The position numbers and the translations under genes were made by a program. This document shows, piece by piece, positions 52,961-64,000 of a stretch of DNA of 64,000 nt. The DNA is from Camelus dromedarius. Its lineage: Eukaryota. Every line of letters begins with the position of its first letter. Position 1 is the stretch's first letter. Below the pieces are notes generated by a model that did no database searches, had not been told where the DNA came from, and saw only the letters and a list, made by a program, of their open reading frames with translations. The stretch is taken from assembly GCF_036321535.1 (NCBI RefSeq), contig NC_087437.1, forward strand, positions 52,144,001 through 52,208,000, written 5' to 3'.

Positions 52961-53883
52961 CCTTAATTTGATGTGTCAGTACAAAAAAGCAAAAATGCTG
53001 CCGGCTACCTGTTGAGAGCTAGCACAGAATCATAGCTTACAATGAATGGCCAGAAAGGTCTTTAGATCTCACCTAGTCCAACACTGCATTTTTAGGTGAG
53101 AAACCACAGTTATGGAAATATTAATATTTATTACCAGTCATTTACTGAAGCAGAACCTTTTACTTTTAAAATCAGCCACTTTGTCAATAAAAATGCAAAT
53201 AAAAGAGTAATCTAGGAATTTCCTAGTTGTTTTTCCATCCTGAAAACATAAATCAGTATTATTTCTGGAGCTGTGCCATATCATTTTAAAATGTGTGAAA
53301 TATATTTCCTCCAATTCCCATTCTTACATATACCTGCAAGAAATCTTTGAAAGCCATGCAATTACTAAAGGTAAAAACCATGGTTCTTATCATATGTATC
53401 ACCAAAAATAAATAAATAAAGACACAGAAGTGTGACCACTGACATGGCAGAAACGAAGGATCCACAATATTAATAAAAAGTACAGAACCTATCACATATT
53501 ACTTGGCTGAGAAACAAGTAGATACTAATGTACTCCTGCCTTCTCCAACCTATCCTCCACAGTAACCTGTCTCAAGAAGACACTCCTAAAACACAAATCT
53601 GGTTAAGTTTCTCTGAGACTGGCTTTAAATCCTTCAGTGATTCACAACATCCATCATCTTTGAGACAAAAACCAAATTTCCTAGAATGATACACAGGGCC
53701 TTCTGTGATCTTGCTCCTGCCCACCTCTTCAGCCTCATCTCCTTTGCCTGTCTCCCACACAGACCCTACACTCCAGCCATTCTGTACTCCTTGAAGATCT
53801 TGAAACCCTAGAACCTATGTTCTATAAGCAGAGTAAAAGTGAGATCAATACAACTGCGCATAATACTGGTTTACAAACCCATT

Positions 53884-54029
53884 CTTTTCTTTTTTAATTT
53901 AAAAAAATTTTTGCTTTGTTTTTATTTGGGAGGGGGCTATTAGGTTTATTTATTAATGGCAGTACTGGAGATTGAAGCCAGGACCTCGTGCACGTTAAGC
54001 ACATGCTCTACCACTGAGCACTTCCCCCC
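53884..54029 (-). mobile_element. tRNA-derived SINE (Vic-1-like)
   Basis: A/B-box tRNA-like head on - strand; T-rich tail on +; exact 13-bp TSD ttacaaacccatt 53871-53883 / 54030-54042. Confidence 0.85.
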
Positions 54030-56811
54030 TTACAAACCCATTATTCAGTTGTCTGGTCTAGTGTCACCTCCTCAGGGAACACTGCCCCAACCCCAACTCT
54101 AAAGCATCTTCTCACAGCAACTTAAACCTCTCCTTCAGTGCCCTTATCACAATTATAGTTTTTACAATTATTTGTGTGATTATTTTTATTCACCTCTTTC
54201 TCCATATAGACTTTAAAGGCCAACAGGGCAGGAAGTGTGTCTGTTTCCACTCTCCAGGATGTCCCCAGTGGAAGTACTATGCATATAGGCATAAAGTAAA
54301 TGTTCAGTAAATATCTGTCAAATAATTAAATGAATGCTCTTTTTTATCTGTAAGTTTTTCACAGTGCTATCCTATCTATAACGACCCTCCTTTCCTTCTT
54401 TAGCTGGCCAGTTCCCGTTTTCCTTTAAAACTCAGCTCAGCATCCTTCACCCTGTAAGTCTTTCTGATCCCCAAGTCTAAGTTAGATACTCCCCTTCTGT
54501 GCTCTCATAGCATCCTGGATATATTTTCATATAGCATACACATTTGACCATAGTTTTCTACTTACTTGTCTATCTCTCTCTGTCTCTCCCACTAGACTGT
54601 GAACTCCTTAAGAATAAGGGCTGTGTCTATCATCTGTATATGCTCCACAGGGAGTACAAGTGCCTAACACAGAGGGGGCATTCAGTAAATGTCTGAATGC
54701 ACATAGAAGTGCATATACTGCATTTTATTACATATGTTCACACCTGTCTGCAGAAATCTCTACTGAGTGAAAACATTATAAAGATAAAATAAAGCTGGAA
54801 ATAAACCCCAACGTTTCAATTACACTGAAGTTTTTCAGAAAAGATTGTGACCTAATGAAATAGCTTTTAAAAGAATTTAATACTATTCTCCTTGGTGCGC
54901 TTTAAGAATTTCAAACCAGTATCATAACACTAGATAGAATCTAAAAGAACTAATTTAAAATAATAAATCATTTCTAGGAAAATAGGAACGTTGAATGTTA
55001 TACTCTGTGCAAGTTGAGTCACTTTAAAATAATCACATTATCTCAAGAATGACACTACCATGTTATTTCATTATTGAAAGGACACTTTAAGTTAAGAATT
55101 CCCCCAGCAAACGACAATACCCCTTTATAGACGATGGTAATGACTTCTGTAAATTTCTCCTAGGTCCTTATGTTGGAAGAGAAGAGTTATTTGCTAAAGC
55201 AACTTCATTTTTCTTAACACATGATCTATCCCTCCAGACTTTTGAAACATTAAACGTTGTTCCAATGGTTCTTTAATGGACATAATTAAAACAATACAAG
55301 GATAGAAGCTTATGTTATTTGGCTGCTTCTACCACAGCTCATAAATGGCTGCACATCTGCCCTACTTACAAGCCAGTCTCTCCTAAACCAAGAACAACCA
55401 AAGCTTTCAAGAAATTAGTAAAAGGTTAATGACCAGGAGACAACCCTTTTTTTCTATCTTACAACTTTATTTAAAATGCAATGAAATGAAATCTTAATGG
55501 AGAGAGGAGAAGGCAGGGATAGGACTTAAAAGAAGAGTAATGGGAACAGATTAGCTCCGTTCAAATGTGAACTGATAACCTACTGCCAGATCACGCCATT
55601 TTACTGAACAGCAGCAACACTGCATTACACTGATATACAAGTGTTTTTTTAGTTCTCTCCTGTGTCTGATTTGATTCATGAAGTAAAAATATTCTTTAGT
55701 AAGCCATCTTATTCTAGTTTCTACTTATACATGTAGCCCATGATCTCCACTCTTATTCCCTGGCCTGGGTTAAAACCCCAGAGGCCAATAACCAGTCCAA
55801 TTACTGTCTCACGGGCCTCTAGGCTTTAACTTCCAATGTCTGAGTTCCCTCTGGCACCAGGAGATTTGCCTTTCCTGCCTTCAAACATGGCCATGAATGA
55901 AAAGATTTTTTTCTTGTTGCTATATTTAATCCAAAATGTATCTGTGTTTGCAGCAGAAGGACATTCCTTTATCCTCTTATACCATTATCTCACCTAGAAA
56001 TTCCTTACTGTTATAAGTTACTCTTTAATATGTCATCTTTAACATTATGTCTTCACTAATGTCCCTTAAAAATAAAAGTATTAATTACTTTAGATTTTGT
56101 CCCTCTTCTCACCAATAATGCCTCTTGACCCTAATGATTGACTGATAATATATTGGATCTAATATATAGTTTACTATTGCTTTATGTCATCAAATGTCAA
56201 ATAAATGGTGCACCACATTTCATATTTCATATCCATGCAAATGTGAAAATGAACGAAAAAGACATGTTTAAGTGATTATGAATTTTTGAGTGAGGCTTTC
56301 AATTAATCCAATTCTAAATTTGTCATAAAAGGACATCATTAATCTATTTTTAGTCTGGGTCTTTGTATCTGCATTTTTCAAAATTTTGGGTGCTTTCAGA
56401 AAAATGAAACGAAGTTTGATAAAGTGTCTATATTAGGCCATAGAATACTAACACCTCTATAGACTACTTGAGATGTGTGATTGCTAATGGGCAAAGGGTA
56501 ATTTAGCAAGTATAAATACCTTTCTGTCTAATGGATAATATATACAATGGAACATATGTATATGTAAGGTTATGCAACTCCCAGAAAGAGCTAAATTTTG
56601 AAAAAGCATTCATTTGTTCATTCAATAAATATATACTACATGCCAGATACAGTATTAATTAATTCTAACCATTCAATGGAAAACAGACAAATGAGATTCC
56701 TTTACCTTCATAATACTGGTATCGTGGGAGATGGTAGACAGTATGGTAAACAAATAGACATGCAAAGCAAATAAAGAGGCACTGTGACTATGGTTACAAA
56801 GAAATAAGCAT

Positions 56812-56933
56812 CACAGGGTACTATATTCAATATCCTGTAATAAAACATAATGAAAAATAATATGAAAAAGAATATATATACATATCACAATCACTTTGCT
56901 GTACACCAGAAACTAACACAACAAAAATTTTTT
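56812..56933 (+). mobile_element. Extremely 5'-truncated L1 3' tail (about 120 bp)
   Basis: Homologous to 43497-43612; exact 14-bp TSD aaagaaataagcat 56798-56811 / 56934-56947. Confidence 0.85.
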
Positions 56934-57309
56934 AAAGAAATAAGCATGATTCTTTAGAGAGAATAGGAAGGGCCTACTCTAGATAGATGGTCGGGAAAGG
57001 CTTCTGTGAGGAGAGAGTATTTAAGTGACTTGAAGGACAGAAAGGTATGTGGCAGAAGCTTACAGCACAGGAGGCTGGAGGGAGGAAGGGTGGTAAGATA
57101 TCATGGGGTGTGAGAAAATTCAAGGCAAAAACAACAGCAAGAACAATGGCTTATAGTAAGAAAGAATTTTATGAGTTCTACAGAGTTCAGGCTAGTCTGA
57201 TGGGAGAGCAGTGAGGAGGGAGAGTGTACTGAGATATGCAAGGCAGGAGAAGCAACCAGGTGAGGTCATACAGGATAATCAAAGAAAGCCATGATGCCAC
57301 ACTGTATAA

Positions 57310-59120
57310 AAAGCAAGGCCCAACAATATGCTATCTATTGAAAACCCACTTCAAACATGTAGACATAAACTGGTTACAAGTAAAAAGATGAGTAAAATAT
57401 ACCATACAAAAATTAATCAAAAGGAAGCTGGAATGACCATAATATTAAAGCAGGTTTCAGAACAAGGGCTATCACCAAGGATAAAGATGGATATGACACA
57501 AAAGGGAAAAGGATATGACACTGACCAAGATATAGCAACCTAATTATGTATAAACCTGTCAACTGAGCTTCAAAATACATGACGGAAAATCAAATCTCTC
57601 CAAAATGATCTATAAATTCAACACAAATCTAATCCAAATCCCAAAAGATGTGTTTTGTTTTACAAACTGAGAAGCTGATTCCAAAATGTATACAGAAGGC
57701 AATCCAATATTACAACCTCCAAAACAATTTTGAAAAGGAACAACAAAGTTCGAGGACTCACACTTCCTGATATCAAGGTTTACAACAAAACCATAGTAAT
57801 CAGGACAGTGTGGTATTGGTGAAAGGACAGACAACAGATCAATGGAACAGAATACTGGGCTTTAGAATCTTTAGTCAAAAGATTTCCAACAGACACCAAG
57901 GCAATTCAGTGGAGAAAGGACAGTCTTCAACAAATGGTGCTGATACAATTGAATAACATGTATGTTTAAAAAATGAAGCTCAACTAATACCTAACACTAT
58001 ATACAAAAACTAACTTGAAATGGAAGAGTCAATTAAATAAGAAAATTATACTATAAAACTTCTAGAAGAATACAAAGGAGGAAATCCTTGTGATCTTGGA
58101 TTAGGCCAAGATTTCTTAAGTAAAACACAAAAAGCATGGACCATAAAAGAAAAAAAAAGTTAAACAGGGTGTCATCAAAATTTAAAACTCTTTTCTAGAC
58201 ATTACAAGAAAATAAGAAGAAAGTCCACAGATTGGGAGAATTATTTGCAAACATGTATTTGACAAGGAATTGAGACCCAGAATATATAAAGAACTCTCAA
58301 ATTTAACAGTATAAAAAATACACACAACTCAAACAAATAAATGAGCAAATAACTTTGTCAGACATTTTATCAAAGATTATTATACAGATGGCAGATAAAT
58401 ACATGAAAAGATGCTTAACATCTTAGTCATTAGAAAAATCATACTAAGACTACAAAGAAATACTACTACATCCATATTTAATGGATAAATTTTTTAAAAA
58501 AACCATATACAATCCAGCAATCCCATTCCTAAATATTTACCCCACAGAAATGAAGATATACAGCCCCACAAAAACATGAGAGCACATGTCTGTAGTAGCT
58601 TTATTCTTAATCAGCAGAAACTAGAAACAACCCAAATGTCCAATAACTGATGAATGGATAAACAAATTGTGGTGTATTCATACAACAGAACACGAAATTG
58701 CAATAGAAAGGAACAAACTACTGATACACTCAACAGGATAAACGGATGAATCTTAAGAGTATTATGTTAAGTAGAAGAAGCTACACACATGTATTTCCAT
58801 TTATATAACATTCAGGAATATTATAAAAAGTATAGTTAAGAGGTATTGTATTATTTCATTTACAAAACATTCTGGAAAAGCAAAACTACAGGTAACAAGA
58901 CAGATTAGAGGTTGTTAGGGCTGGGGATGGGGACGGGGTGACATGACAAAAGGGATTAAGGAAATCTTCTGGGGTGCTGAAAATATCTACACCTTGATGT
59001 GGTGGTGTTTACACAACTATATACATTTGTTTAAAATGCACAGAGCTGTGCAACTAAAAATGTGTGAATTTTACTGTCTACAAGTCAGACTTCAATGAAC
59101 CTGACTTCCTAAAAAGGAAA
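57310..59120 (+). mobile_element. Old fragmented L1 ORF2/3' end
   Basis: gtaatcaggacagtgtggtattgg; caacccaaatgtccaataactgatgaatggataaacaaattgtgg. Confidence 0.8.
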
Positions 59121-59606
59121 AGAAAACAGGGATCATGGTAAATACAAAAGGATACCAATGAAAAAATAAAGGTAAAAATGATGTCTTACAATTCTATAAT
59201 GCTCAACTTTTCTAAGCAGTTTCTTACATATCTTCTCACTTTAAGACCACTTTAACTTAATTTCTTGAATTAAAAAAATACATATCAAGTTATATAATAC
59301 AGTGGCCTGAGCTCAGGCGACTAGTGTCTTTATATAGTTAACAAACTGATAGCAGAAAGCTCCAGGCCCCTTTTCTAGGTAAGACAGCTACAGAATTTGT
59401 TGCAAGATGATAAAAAGGATATGTGAGTCACAGACTGAAGGAGCTGTCCTTTCAGATAAGTGAAATTCAGGAATATGTGACAAAACGGTTGTAGAACAGG
59501 GTCATTACTGTTAGAACAAGGAGTCCCAAATAACTTTCCTGGGTGCCTCCAGGTATATGCAGCTGGGAAGAGACATGGGAAGTAACACAGAAAACAGAAG
59601 TCACAT

Positions 59607-60208
59607 TGTTGGCGGAGAATAGGTTCTTGCCTCACGCAGAGAAGAAATCAAGAACAAGGCATGGTAAAGCACAAGTGAGTTTATTTAGAGAGATACACAC
59701 TCCATGGACAGAGTGCAGTCTGTCTCTCAGAAGGGAAAACAGCTTAGGAGATACACACTCATAGGCAGAATGTAGGCCATCTCAGAAAGGTGAGAGGGAG
59801 AGAAGCCGACAGGTGTGGGATGTTTAAAGTAAAAGTGGATACACACTCCACTGACAGAGTGCGGGCCGTCTCAGAAGGCAAGCGCAACAGAGCAGAGCGA
59901 GCAAGAGCAACCGCGAGGTGCGGAGTTGTTAGGGTTTATGAGCTCGGCAATTTCACAAGCTAATGGATAGAAGGACTATTCCAACTACTCTGAGGAAGGG
60001 GCGAGGATTTCCAGGAAACGCCCCCACCCACTTTTGACCGTTTATGGTCAGCCTAGGAACTGTCATGGCGCCTGTAGGTGTGCCATGAGGCTCAAGGTCT
60101 ACTGGAAGTCAAATCTTCCGCCATCTTGGTTCTAACCAGTCTGTCCTGTCCTCGATTGCTGTGTCATTCCTTCAATGGCTGTGCCCTGCCCCTTTTCCTC
60201 CCACTTCA
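59607..60208 (-). mobile_element. MER41-like ERV1 solo LTR (602 bp)
   Basis: TG...CA; 4-bp TSD ACAT 59603-59606 / 60209-60212; PAS 59680-59685 (-); homologous to 39181-39572. Confidence 0.88.
60009..60017. promoter_or_regulatory. GAS (STAT-binding) motif TTCCAGGAA within the LTR
   Basis: Exact TTCNNNGAA; function not shown. Confidence 0.5.
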
Positions 60209-60356
60209 ACATCAGATACTGAGGCGGCTCAGAATGGACTTTCACATGTTTTAGCTCATCTTACCTCCCAACAATCCTGGGAAATCGAAAATATTTTCTT
60301 CTATATTAAGGGCATATGCATTTCTTTGCCTAGAGTAGAACAGTCATACAAAAAGG

Positions 60357-60517
60357 CAGGACTGGCTACATCATTTATGGGTCCTGGTGTAAAAATGAAA
60401 TTGCAGGTCCCAAGTTAAAAATTTCAAGCTGACAACAGCAAATCATTCAACTGAGCACGAAGCCCTTCTAAGGGTGAGGCCGTCAACTGCAGTCACATGA
60501 TCACAAAAGTAGCCTTG
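60357..60517 (-). mobile_element. MER45A-like hAT DNA transposon
   Basis: caggactggctacatcatttatgggtcctggtgtaaaaatgaaattgcaggtccc matches the recalled MER45A reverse complement. Confidence 0.75.
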
Positions 60518-61332
60518 GGGAGAAGGTACAGTCCACTGACAAATTCATAAACACGCAAGAGATCTCTTGTCCATTCCCTCACTGCACTGATAATTACACC
60601 ATAAAAATATTATTTAAAATCTTCACATTCAAATCTCCAGAGGAGATTCCATAGCATTTTAAAAATCCATTTTACTGTCTCAGGTAAGTTCTCCAAGTAT
60701 CTTTTATCTATCTTTTCTACTGAAATTCCCCATCTCCCTTATCTCATACCCAGGAATAACAGAATACACCTTTCCATCACCTCCTGTAAGGTGTCCCTGT
60801 TATATGCCTGAAGATCATTATGGGCTGTCTATCTAGAACTACAGGATGTAAAAGTACAAGTAAAAAATCTAATTCATTCTGACACTGGAACTAAAATAAG
60901 TTAAATCTTCTGGGAAGAAATTAATCAGTTTAAAGAGTGGGCCTAAAAATGAGATAATAGATAAGAAAGTGCTATTGAAAAGCTAAATGTGTTGCAGAAA
61001 TGTAAGCTTTTTATATCTTTTATCTCGATTTTAAGGAAAAGTCTAATTAATCTCTAACTTGTTGAGAAGCTATATAAGATTAACTACTAGAAAGGAATCA
61101 AGATCTAGAAATGACTCCTTTACAAAATACTTTTTTTTAAGTCAAAGTAAACTGACCCCCTTAAAAATCCATAAAATTGGTATATGGAGAATATGCAGAA
61201 CAGATCAACACAGGCATTAAGGAACTGAGAGACTGAGAAACAACTTTTATGAGTCAAGGTTACAGGATGATTTGGCCCAGAAGATTTTCCACACAAGGTT
61301 AGCTTCAGTTTTTTTTATTAGTACAGTAGTAC

Positions 61333-61930
61333 TGATGAGGAGGGCCATGTCCCAGGTCTCGGTTGTGCCCTGCCAAGTGTGGATCCTTGGCTTCGTGCAG
61401 GAAAGAATTCAACTGTGAGCCACAGTTCAGTAAAGGTAGATTTATTTAGAGAGATACATACTTCATAGAGTGTAAGGCAAGAGAAAGCCAAGGAAAGAGG
61501 TGTGGGAATTGGGTGCTCAGGTTAAAGTAAAAGTAGGTACACACTCCATAGACAGAGTGCGGGCCATCTCCAAAGAGGAGGGAGCAAAAAAGGGCGCTAG
61601 GCTGGGTGGTGTCAGTTTTTATGGGCTCAGCAGCTTCACACCCTACAGGTGGGACCATCCCAACTGCACTGGGGAAGGGGCTGAGATTCCTAGGAATTGG
61701 GCCACAGCCCATTCTTTGGCCTTTTGCAGTTATCCTTGGGACTGTCATGGAGCCTGCGGGCATGTTATTCATCACGCTGTTACAATGGCATATGATGAAG
61801 CTCAAGGTCTACTAGAAGTCAAACCTCCTAATCCTTAAGGCCAACTAGGAGTTGAATCTTCCACCATTTTGGTGTTAAACTGCTGTCATTTCTTGAGTGG
61901 CTGTGCCCTGCCCCCTTCCCTCCTGTCTCA
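61333..61930 (-). mobile_element. MER41-like ERV1 solo LTR (598 bp)
   Basis: TG...CA; 4-bp TSD GTAC 61329-61332 / 61931-61934; PAS 61441-61446 (-); homologous to the other two LTRs. Confidence 0.88.
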
Positions 61931-62233
61931 GTACCATTGGAAAGCAAACATAAAACTAAGCATAAGCCTCTTACGCTTACAGTTCTTATACAACCACAAA
62001 TCAGAAACTAATGTTCAAATTAAATACACAAGCAATAAAATCAATAATAATTAAATTAGCAACATTAACTTAATGCAACAAATAAGGCTGTTTTTTACCG
62101 TTAATTGCTCCTTGAAACCCGACCATGGTACTCACTGCCACAACACAGATTCTTTTGACTGTGTCAGCTCTAAGACTTTAGTGAGAGCTTTTAAAAAATA
62201 ATAAAACAACCAAGTTAAAAATGAAAAATTTCA

Positions 62234-62382
62234 GGGGAGAGTATAGTTCAAGTGGTAGAGTGCATGCCTAGCATACACAAGGTCCTGGGTTCAATCCCCA
62301 GTACCTCCTCTATAAATAAATAAGTATACCTAATTACCCTCTTCTCCGACAAAAAAAAAAAAAAAGAAAAGAAAGAAAGAAA
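62234..62382 (+). mobile_element. tRNA-derived SINE (Vic-1-like)
   Basis: ggggagagtatagttcaagtggtagag...ggttcaatcccc (A and B boxes); A-rich tail; TSD gaaaaatttca 62223-62233 / gaaaattttca 62383-62393. Confidence 0.88.
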
Positions 62383-63794
62383 GAAAATTTTCATCAATCC
62401 AGATGTCATACCTTTATGATCCACAAATCTATGAAATACAGTTAAGAATGTAAAATTCTTCTTTCAAAACCTAATCAGAAATTAATTTTAAATTATACTC
62501 TATTGTAAATAAACTATCCACAACACACATACCCTTTATTTCTGGGATAACTAAGCAACAACTAAAGTTGTAAAACCAACACCTCTAAAAACATTTTAAA
62601 AATAAGGTCATGAAGAAATAGTGTACATCCATGTGGAAAGAAATACAGTTAAGCCCAGAAATCATTTAACAGTTTATCCCTACCCTATCCTAAAAACCTC
62701 TTAAACGAGTAAACAACTTGGTAAGTCCCTATGTTCAGTAACTTTAAAATAAGCAAGAAGAAACAACACACGTCTTTGAAAGTAGGATACAAAAAGCAAG
62801 AATATAAAAAACTCCTTTGCCACGACATCAAAACAACAAAAAATGGCTCAAAAAAAAAATATATATGACTTTTACACTGGGAGTTAAACCTGTAACAAAG
62901 AATCTAGACCTTTCAAATCTACTTAACTCCACTTCCCATTGTTGGTGGTAACAAACTATATCAACTAAAACTCAGATAGAGTATGTGCCTTCTCGTCCCA
63001 AAACTGTTCACTGCTTTTTTTTTTAACAAGTATTTATTAAGCACCTATGATACTCTAGGCACTGTTCTAGAAACTGGGGAAACAGTAGTAAGCAGATAAG
63101 TAAGTGATAAATACATGTTCACTGCTTTTTATAGGCCAGAATAGTAAATAATGTTTTGGTTTATATATTTTCAAAGAAAGGAAAGCAACTGTTTTTTGCT
63201 TATCAGATCTCTTCCAGTTCCCACTAAATCAGAATAATAACAAAGTACAATGAAATGTTTCCTTAACTGATTTTAACTTCAATCGACATAGGATATGGGT
63301 AATTGAGGTCATTTCTTATTGAGACGGGTGGAAAGAAAAAGTAAAGTTCTCCAGGGATGATAAGGAAGTGAGGCTCCAAACTTGACCTACTCAGTTATTT
63401 CTCCTTCAGTGCTCATTCTCCATTCGCCACTTGCTCAGCTCAGTTTAGTTCAATAACCATTTACTGAGTGCCTACTGTGTTCCAGGCACTGTTCTGGATA
63501 CTGAGACTATTCAGATTATTAAGATTGTTTATTAAGACAGTCCCTGCTTCATAGGAGTTTGCCTTCTGGAATATCCCTTTTCCGAATGGAATTCCCCTCA
63601 TCCGTCTAGATCCAATTAAGGACTCTTTAATTCCCAAAGAAGAATCAAGTACTGCCTCCTCTGAGTTACTATTAACCATTTATAGCTCTCTTTAAATTCT
63701 CTGATTCCCAGTGTCTTATATCAATGTCCACTAAGTATAAGGTGAAAGGAAAGAGACAATTAAATTCTTGCACCATCAACCAATTAATAGCTAT

Positions 63795-64000
63795 TTAACT
63801 TTTGGCAAGTTAGTTAATTTCTCTGAGTCTCAGTTTCTTCACCTGTGAAATAATGTTATTTACTGAACACTTACGATTTGTCATATAATTTTCTAATCCC
63901 TTTGCTCATATTAATTTATTAAATTCTCACAATAACTTTTTGAGGTTCGTTGTATTATTACATCTTACAGATGTGAAAACTCAAGTCCAGAGAAGTTAAG
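63795..64000. mobile_element. MIR SINE fragments (two, opposite orientation)
   Basis: ggcaagttagttaatttctctgagtctcagtttcttcacctgtgaaa; cttacagatgtgaaaactcaagtccagagaagttaag. Confidence 0.75.

Noticed and set aside
62234..62306. tRNA gene
   Set aside because: The tRNA-like head is followed by a SINE tail, poly(A) and TSD, so it is a SINE rather than a tRNA
1..64000. CRISPR arrays, operons or other prokaryotic systems
   Set aside because: Sequence is mammalian (spliceosomal introns, L1/L2/MIR); no repeat-spacer arrays seen

Overview
This is mammalian genomic DNA, probably camelid. That is inferred from two tRNA-derived SINEs resembling Vic-1 and was not database-checked. The window holds the 3' ends of two convergent genes. 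VPS8 (+) contributes its last two coding exons (13431-13511 and 14811-14960, poly(A) signal at 15386). C3orf70 (-) contributes its terminal coding exon (27473-26917) and a 3'UTR of about 5.6 kb. Positions 27474-64000 are C3orf70 intron 1, densely filled with L1, L2, MIR, MaLR/ERVL LTRs and DNA transposons. The most unusual object is a 3.2-kb class I ERV sequence (36398-39587) that looks L1-retrotransposed rather than integrated as a provirus. It has no 5' LTR, its 3' LTR is cut at the poly(A) site, and it carries a poly(A) tail and a 14-bp TSD at an L1-endonuclease-type site. A second ERV solo LTR is nested in its gag. Two intact solo LTRs of the same MER41-like family lie nearby, one with a perfect GAS (STAT) motif. 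Gene and repeat-family names come from recall of known sequences. Boundaries of old repeats are approximate. Most short ORFs in the supplied track are spurious.
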